From the NCBI RefSeq assembly GCF_009831105.1, contig NZ_WUUQ01000001.1:510001-542000 (forward strand): a DNA stretch of 32,000 nucleotides, given 5' to 3'. The notes under the pieces were generated by a model. The model saw nothing but the letters and a program-made list of their open reading frames with translations, was not told the DNA's origin and ran no database searches. How positions within the stretch are numbered: position 1 is the stretch's first letter; every line of letters begins with the position of its first letter. Shown here in pieces: positions 26,892 to 32,000 of the stretch. The translations under genes were made by a program, and so were the position numbers. The stretch is from Copranaerobaculum intestinale. GTDB taxonomy: Bacteria; Bacillota_I; Bacilli_A; Erysipelotrichales; Erysipelotrichaceae.

Positions 26892-27494
26892 TCAAATGGT
26901 CTCCGCTGCTGACTGATGACGGAAACTCCACTTCACTTTCTTTACGACAGCGCTGTCGGCAATTGATCGTACCGCTAGCAGGTAATTCCAAACAGCCAGT
27001 GATAAGATAAAGTCTACACAGCTATGTATGACGGTACCGACTCCGGTAAGTATCAGCACCTGATACAAAAAGGCATTGCTTGGCAGTGATCCGTTGATAT
27101 AAAATGGCAGTACGGCAATCACCTCACCAACCGCATGAAGCAAACTAATGATAAGAACAAAGGCAAGACTGTGCCATAAGCTTGTGAATACGTCCGGATG
27201 CTTACGCAAATACCAGGCTCCGGCTACAGCAAATATAAGCTGAGAACCTGCTCTGGCTACGACCGTGATGGGAAATCCACCAAAAAAGAAGCCGATGGTA
27301 GTACCAGCCGCAACTGCCGCGGCACTAAACGGTGATATGAACATCGCTATGATAATGGCTACATGAGATGCCAGGGTAAAGCTGGCAGGTTCAATGACAA
27401 TTCTTATCGGGGAAAACATCGGAATGATAATCCCTATGGCAATCAATAAGGCTGAGAGTACCATTCGCTGTATACGCGCATGCATTTGTTTCAT
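26892..27494 (-). CDS. niaX: ECF-type vitamin transporter substrate-binding (S) component, putative niacin transporter NiaX
   Basis: 200-aa integral membrane protein with about 6 TM segments: RMVLSALLIAIGIIIPMFSP..., TTIGFFFGGFP... Lies immediately downstream of niaR, behind a NiaR-type palindrome. The substrate assignment rests on context only. Confidence 0.6.
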   Translation of the reverse strand: MKQMHARIQRMVLSALLIAIGIIIPMFSPIRIVIEPASFTLASHVAIIIAMFISPFSAAAVAAGTTIGFFFGGFPITVVARAGSQLIFAVAGAWYLRKHPDVFTSLWHSLAFVLIISLLHAVGEVIAVLPFYINGSLPSNAFLYQVLILTGVGTVIHSCVDFILSLAVWNYLLAVRSIADSAVVKKVKWSFRHQSAAETI

Positions 27495-27507
27495 TCTTGT
27501 CCCTCCT

Positions 27508-27523
27508 ATGTGTCATGACACAT
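27508..27523. promoter_or_regulatory. Perfect 16-bp palindrome ATGTGTCATGACACAT; candidate NiaR operator
   Basis: Read directly; it is self-complementary over all 16 positions. It lies between the -10 box and the SD of niaX. As I recall, the GTGTC..GACAC core agrees with the published NiaR box of Firmicutes. Confidence 0.6.
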
Positions 27524-27532
27524 GTCTTTACT

Positions 27533-27561
27533 ATTATAGTGAGGGTCCTAGGATCTGTCAA
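27533..27561 (-). promoter_or_regulatory. Consensus sigma-A promoter for niaX
   Basis: On the minus strand: TTGACA (27561-27556), 17-nt spacer, TATAAT (27538-27533). Confidence 0.7.
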
Positions 27562-27568
27562 ATATATA

Positions 27569-28087
27569 TTATTGTTGATGATCGTAGAGATATCCTTTGC
27601 TTTGAAGCGCAGCCAAAATCGTTTTGCGTACCGATTCATGTTCACAGGTAATGCGATGCAGATGAATCCCTTCAGTTAAAGAGGACAGCAGCTGAATATG
27701 ATTTGCTTCAATCTGTTTCATGAAATCATCGACATCATTTCGGGAATGCAGATTAAGCTGCCCGCACAGCTGTCCATAAACAGGATGCTCTACGATGACA
27801 TCCAAAACTGTACCTCCCGCATCGACGATGGCATATAATTCATCACGGGTATCTTTCGGCTGATGGACACACGCAATGGTGAAGCTGCAGGCTGTTGCGA
27901 TGGATTGAATCAGATAGCCGCGGGGGGTTGCGAAAATCTCATGTCCGGCGGCTCTGAGCAGGGCGATATCACCGACAATAATTTGGCGGCTGACATGATA
28001 TTGTTGGGCCAAAGCGGTTGCGGAAATTGGTTTTGAACTGGATGTAATTGTCTTTAAAATATGAACTCTGCGTAACGTACCTTCCAT
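27569..28087 (-). CDS. niaR: NAD-metabolism transcriptional repressor NiaR (YrxA; HTH_11 + 3H domain)
   Basis: 172 aa. N-terminal HTH: ISATALAQQYHVSRQIIVGDIALLRAAGHEIFATPRGY. The 3H domain has conserved His residues: CVHQP..., VEHPVYG..., GIHLHRI. Confidence 0.85.
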   Translation of the reverse strand: MEGTLRRVHILKTITSSSKPISATALAQQYHVSRQIIVGDIALLRAAGHEIFATPRGYLIQSIATACSFTIACVHQPKDTRDELYAIVDAGGTVLDVIVEHPVYGQLCGQLNLHSRNDVDDFMKQIEANHIQLLSSLTEGIHLHRITCEHESVRKTILAALQSKGYLYDHQQ

Positions 28088-28337
28088 AAGCAGCTACCTC
28101 CTTATGTCTTTTATTATATCGATTCTATGTGTTATAAGCAAAATTTTTTGTATGTCAGGTAAACAAAATATATAAATTGTTTCTTGTATTTATACAATAA
28201 GCTCATGTATTCGTAAAGATTAAAAAAGATGTTTTCAATTTGTCAGGATTGGAGTATTATCTGTATATGAGAAAAATTTAAACGCTTACATTTTTAAACC
28301 AAGCATATGTTTCTTATGAGAAAGAGGAGGTAATCAC

Positions 28338-30170
28338 ATGAGCAGATTAACCATTATGACTCAGACACAAGCACAGGTTGTGATTGAGGAATTGTATAAG
28401 GATCTGGAACGGCGGATCATAGCCAGTCCTCCCGGTCTTTGTCCGGTGGATATGGCATCCGCTTTTCTAAAGCTGTGTCATGCTCAGACATGCGGTAAAT
28501 GTGTTCCATGCCGGGTCGGTCTGGCTCAGCTGCAAGCGCTTATTGATGATGTGCTGGAGGGCCGGGCAACGCTGGATACAATCGATTTGATTGAAAAGAC
28601 CGCACAAAATATTTCTGACAGTGCGGACTGTGCGATCGGCTATGAAGCAGCAGATATGGTGCTGCGGGGAGTTCAAGGATTTCGGGATGACTATGAGGAG
28701 CATATTCTTCATGGACGCTGTACCTGCTCCTTGAATCAACCGGTCCCGTGTGTAGCCTTGTGTCCGGCTGGTGTTGATGTGCCGGGTTATATTGCTTTGA
28801 TCGGGGAAGAACGATATGAGGATGCAGTGCGTTTGATCCGTAAAGATAATCCGTTTCCGGCGGTTTGTGCCTTTATCTGCGAACATCCGTGTGAAGCGCG
28901 GTGCCGTCGTAATATGTTGGATAATCCGATTAATATCCGCGGTTTAAAACGTTATGCGGTTGATCAGGCAGGCGTTGTTAAACCGCAGGCTAATGCGGCG
29001 TCTACCGGAAAGAAGGTAGCCGTCGTCGGGGGCGGCCCCGGAGGTTTGAGCGCTGCCTATTATTTACAGCAGATGGGACATCAGGCAGTTGTATTTGAAA
29101 AACGTAAAAAGTTGGGCGGTATGCTTAGGTATGGCATTCCTAATTATCGGCTGCCCCGTGCGCGTTTGGATGAAGAGATACAAACCTTGTTGTCGACCGG
29201 AATTGAAGTGCATACCGAAGTAAGTATCGGCGATGATATTCCGCTTTGTGATTTGGATCGAGATTATGATGCTGTATATCTATCAATCGGGGCTCAGACG
29301 GATAAAAAGGTTGGTATTCCCGGTGAAGATGGTGTGAATGTAATATCCGCGGTAGAAATGCTTAGAAATATCGGTGATGATATCATGCCGGATTTTGAAG
29401 GCAAACGAGTTATTGTGATCGGCGGAGGAAATGTGGCTATGGATGTTGCGCGTTCGGCTAAACGGCTGGGTGCAGCCAAGGTAGGAATTGCTTATCGCCG
29501 CCGTAAACAGGATATGACTGCGCTCTGGGATGAAATAGAAGGAGCGCTTGAAGAAGACTGTGAAGTGCTGGAGCTTCAGGCGCCGGTACGAATTGAGCTG
29601 GATGAAGCAAAGCGGGTAACGGCACTTTGGGTACAGCCGCAGATCATCGGTAAATATGATCGTGGCCGGCCTGGTCCCAAACGTGCTATGGCTGAAGAAA
29701 AGCGGATACCGTGTGATATTGTAGTTGTTGCGATTGGTCAGGGTATCGAATCTAAGCCCTTTGAAGACGCTGGAATCCCGATAAAGCGAGGCGCTATTTC
29801 AGCGCTTGATCACAGCGGAATTGATAAAATGGAAGGGATATTTGCCGGTGGTGACTGTGTGACCGGACCGGCCACTGTTATCCGTGCGATTGCGGCGGGA
29901 AAGGTTGCGGCAGCCAACATTGACACATATCTAGGATACAATCACAGTATTTCCTGCGATGTGAAGATACCGGATGCAAAAGGCACTGACCGTCCAAAAT
30001 GCGGCAGAGTACAGTTGAAAGTACGTGATGCGAGTGAACGCAAGCATGATTTCGATGAGATTGAGCTTGGCTTTACTTGTGAAGAAGCAAAGCAGGAATC
30101 TTCACGGTGCCTGCGCTGTGATCATTTTGGCTTCGGCGTATTTAAAGGAGGAAGATCGACAAAATGGTAA
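28338..30170 (+). CDS. Iron-sulfur flavoprotein: NuoF-C-terminal-type [4Fe-4S] domain fused to a GltD/NfnB-like NAD(P)H-dependent FAD oxidoreductase
   Basis: The N-terminal segment CGKCVPCRVGLAQL...SADCAIG matches the NuoF/HydB [4Fe-4S] domain. The cluster region is CPAGVDVPGYIALI...FPAVCAFICEHPCEARCRR (GltD N-terminal domain). Dinucleotide folds: KVAVVGGGPGGLSAAYYL and VIVIGGGNVAMDVA, plus GIFAGGDCVTGPATVIRAIAAG. The C-terminal motif is CLRCDHFG. 610 aa. Confidence 0.85.
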   Translation: MSRLTIMTQTQAQVVIEELYKDLERRIIASPPGLCPVDMASAFLKLCHAQTCGKCVPCRVGLAQLQALIDDVLEGRATLDTIDLIEKTAQNISDSADCAIGYEAADMVLRGVQGFRDDYEEHILHGRCTCSLNQPVPCVALCPAGVDVPGYIALIGEERYEDAVRLIRKDNPFPAVCAFICEHPCEARCRRNMLDNPINIRGLKRYAVDQAGVVKPQANAASTGKKVAVVGGGPGGLSAAYYLQQMGHQAVVFEKRKKLGGMLRYGIPNYRLPRARLDEEIQTLLSTGIEVHTEVSIGDDIPLCDLDRDYDAVYLSIGAQTDKKVGIPGEDGVNVISAVEMLRNIGDDIMPDFEGKRVIVIGGGNVAMDVARSAKRLGAAKVGIAYRRRKQDMTALWDEIEGALEEDCEVLELQAPVRIELDEAKRVTALWVQPQIIGKYDRGRPGPKRAMAEEKRIPCDIVVVAIGQGIESKPFEDAGIPIKRGAISALDHSGIDKMEGIFAGGDCVTGPATVIRAIAAGKVAAANIDTYLGYNHSISCDVKIPDAKGTDRPKCGRVQLKVRDASERKHDFDEIELGFTCEEAKQESSRCLRCDHFGFGVFKGGRSTKW

Positions 30171-31927
30171 CCCTAACAATAGATCGAAAAGTGATAGAAG
30201 CGGCAGAAGGAATGACGATTCTGGATGCGGCTCGATCAGCTGATATTGAAATTCCTCATTTGTGTTATTTAAAAGATTTGAACGAGATCGGTGCATGCCG
30301 GGTCTGTATGGTAGAAATGGATGGTGCTTCCAAGCTTATCACCGCATGTAATACCATTGTACAGGACGGCATGGTGATTCACACCAATAGTCCCAAAGTA
30401 CGGGAAACCCGCCGCACCAATGTTGAATTGATCTTATCGCAGCATGATTGTGAATGTGCGTGGTGTGTCCGCAGCGGAAACTGTGCCCTGCAAACGCTTG
30501 CCAATGATTTGAATATCAATACGCTGCCCTATGAAAAGCAGGTAAAATACAGTCCCTGGAACAGATTTTTTCCGCTGATCCGCGAATCCAATAAGTGTAT
30601 AAAGTGCATGCGCTGCATTCAGGTGTGCGATAAGATTCAGAATCTGCAGGTATGGGATGTGGCCGGCACCGGCTCACGTACGACCGTGAACGTGTCGCTG
30701 AATCGCCGTATCGAAGAAGCGGACTGCTCCTTGTGCGGACAGTGTATTACGCATTGTCCGGTCGGTGCGCTTCATGAGCGTGACGATACGCAGAAAGTAT
30801 TTCAGGCTTTGAAAGATCCTGATCAGATCACGGTGGTTCAAATGGCGCCGGCAGTGCGCGCTGCTTGGGGTGAGGAGTTGGGATTAAGCCGAGACGAAGC
30901 AACGGTCGAACGCATGGCTGCGGCACTGCGGGCGATCGGCTTTGATTATGTATTCGATACTGATTTCGGGGCTGATCTAACCATCATGGAAGAAGGCAGT
31001 GAACTGCTGGAACGACTCAAAAAAGGAGATGCGAAAACATTGCCGATGTTTACCTCCTGCTGTCCGGGATGGATACGCTTTATGAAATCGCAGTTTCCGG
31101 AAATGGTATCCCATTTATCCACATCTAAATCACCGCATCAGATGTTCGGCGCGGTGGCAAAAACATATTTTGCGCAAATGCTGGGGGTTGACGCAAGCCG
31201 TATTTTTGTTGTTTCAATCATGCCATGTGTTGCCAAGAAGTCAGAATGTGATCTTCCGACCATGGATGATGTAGGTACCGGTAAGGATGTCAATGTCGTT
31301 CTCACGACGCGGGAACTGATTCGGATGCTGAGAGCGGATCATATCAATGTGCACCATCTGAAGGACGAAGCACTTGATTCACCGCTGGGAACCGCAACCG
31401 GGGCCGGCGTGATCTTTGGAGCGACCGGAGGTGTAATGGAGGCAGCCTTGCGAAGCGCCCATTATCTGGCTCTGCATGAAAATGCTCCGGCTGATGCTTT
31501 TAAAGCTGTTCGGGGCGGTAAAGGCTGGAAGGAATCAACCTTTCAGCTTGGTGATACCACTTTACGTACTGCAGTTGTGAGCGGTTTGGGTAATGCCCGC
31601 AAACTCATAGAGGCCTTAAAAAACCAAGAGGTTTCTTATGACTTTATCGAAGTTATGGCATGTCCGGGAGGCTGCGCTGGCGGCGGCGGTCAGCCTATTC
31701 ATGATGGTCAGGAGCTTGCGGAGGTACGTTCTGACACACTATACGATCTGGATCAACATGCAGCACTTCGCTATTCACATGAGAATCCATCTATTTTAAA
31801 GCTGTATGAGGATTTCTTTGGAGAACCGCTTTCGCCTTTGGCAGAAAAACTTCTTCATACGGATCACGAAGCATGGGAGATGCCGGGAAAACGCAGCTGC
31901 CTTGACCTTGATCATAAACTTCTATAA
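30164..31927 (+). CDS. hydA: [FeFe]-hydrogenase catalytic subunit, M3 (CpI-like) domain architecture
   Basis: N-terminal 2Fe-2S ferredoxin-like domain: CYLKDLNEIGACRVCMVE. His-ligated 4Fe-4S: HDCECAWCVRSGNC. Two ferredoxin motifs: CIKCMRCIQVCD and CSLCGQCITHCP. H-cluster motifs: TSCCPGW, MPCVAKKSE, MACPGGCAGGGGQP. The start overlaps the upstream stop (ATGGTAA). Confidence 0.95.
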   Translation: MVTLTIDRKVIEAAEGMTILDAARSADIEIPHLCYLKDLNEIGACRVCMVEMDGASKLITACNTIVQDGMVIHTNSPKVRETRRTNVELILSQHDCECAWCVRSGNCALQTLANDLNINTLPYEKQVKYSPWNRFFPLIRESNKCIKCMRCIQVCDKIQNLQVWDVAGTGSRTTVNVSLNRRIEEADCSLCGQCITHCPVGALHERDDTQKVFQALKDPDQITVVQMAPAVRAAWGEELGLSRDEATVERMAAALRAIGFDYVFDTDFGADLTIMEEGSELLERLKKGDAKTLPMFTSCCPGWIRFMKSQFPEMVSHLSTSKSPHQMFGAVAKTYFAQMLGVDASRIFVVSIMPCVAKKSECDLPTMDDVGTGKDVNVVLTTRELIRMLRADHINVHHLKDEALDSPLGTATGAGVIFGATGGVMEAALRSAHYLALHENAPADAFKAVRGGKGWKESTFQLGDTTLRTAVVSGLGNARKLIEALKNQEVSYDFIEVMACPGGCAGGGGQPIHDGQELAEVRSDTLYDLDQHAALRYSHENPSILKLYEDFFGEPLSPLAEKLLHTDHEAWEMPGKRSCLDLDHKLL

Positions 31928-31930
31928 AGA

Positions 31931-31954
31931 AAAAGGTAGGAATCGCTGCCTTTT
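31931..31954 (+). terminator. Probable rho-independent terminator after hydA
   Basis: Stem aaaggtag / ctgccttt (one G-U pair) with a 6-nt loop, followed by TTTT. Confidence 0.55.
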
Positions 31955-32000
31955 GGTATGTTTTGTTTTTGCGGACGTAAAATAGAAATAGCCGGTCAAA

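Noticed and set aside
26816-27679. Track ORFs 26816-27010 +, 27391-27645 -, 27394-27651 + and 27497-27679 +
   Set aside because: They overlap the niaX and niaR coding regions or the promoter/operator between them, and none has an SD or a recognisable motif.

Overview
Chromosomal window from a low-GC Gram-positive (Bacillota-type) anaerobe, mostly + strand housekeeping genes. I saw no rRNA, tRNA, CRISPR, transposase or integrase. Two Bacillus-like syntenic blocks are recognisable. The first is Cys T-box-cysS-mrnC-rlmB-sigH-like-rpmG-secE-nusG (7.4-11.7 kb). The second is eno-secG-rnr-(capA-like)-smpB-ssrA/tmRNA (13-19 kb). Upstream lie a partial AraC-like regulator divergent from a mannose-family PTS IIB-IIC-IID operon (no IIA), an orphan membrane helical-repeat protein, clpP, gap, and a GGDEF cyclase followed by a small HMA-like protein. 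Downstream of the tmRNA is a short accessory-looking stretch: a MATE exporter, a TfoX_N protein, a DUF378 protein, an orphan type IV pilin-like gene and a small hypothetical. The last 9 kb holds the most unusual content. (i) An anaerobic ribonucleotide reductase operon in which the activase NrdG carries an N-terminal MarR domain, and NrdD carries a C-terminal glutaredoxin-like CPNC domain after the glycyl-radical site. (ii) A niaR-niaX niacin module with a perfect 16-bp palindromic operator under a consensus promoter. (iii) A translationally coupled gene pair: a NuoF-[4Fe-4S]/GltD-like flavoprotein and an M3-type [FeFe]-hydrogenase, with no HydB/HydC-type partners in the window. A 143-nt out-of-frame overlap between the rnr tail and the signal peptide of a CapA-like lipoprotein is also notable. 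All calls rest on reading the translations and sequence by eye; no database searches were run.
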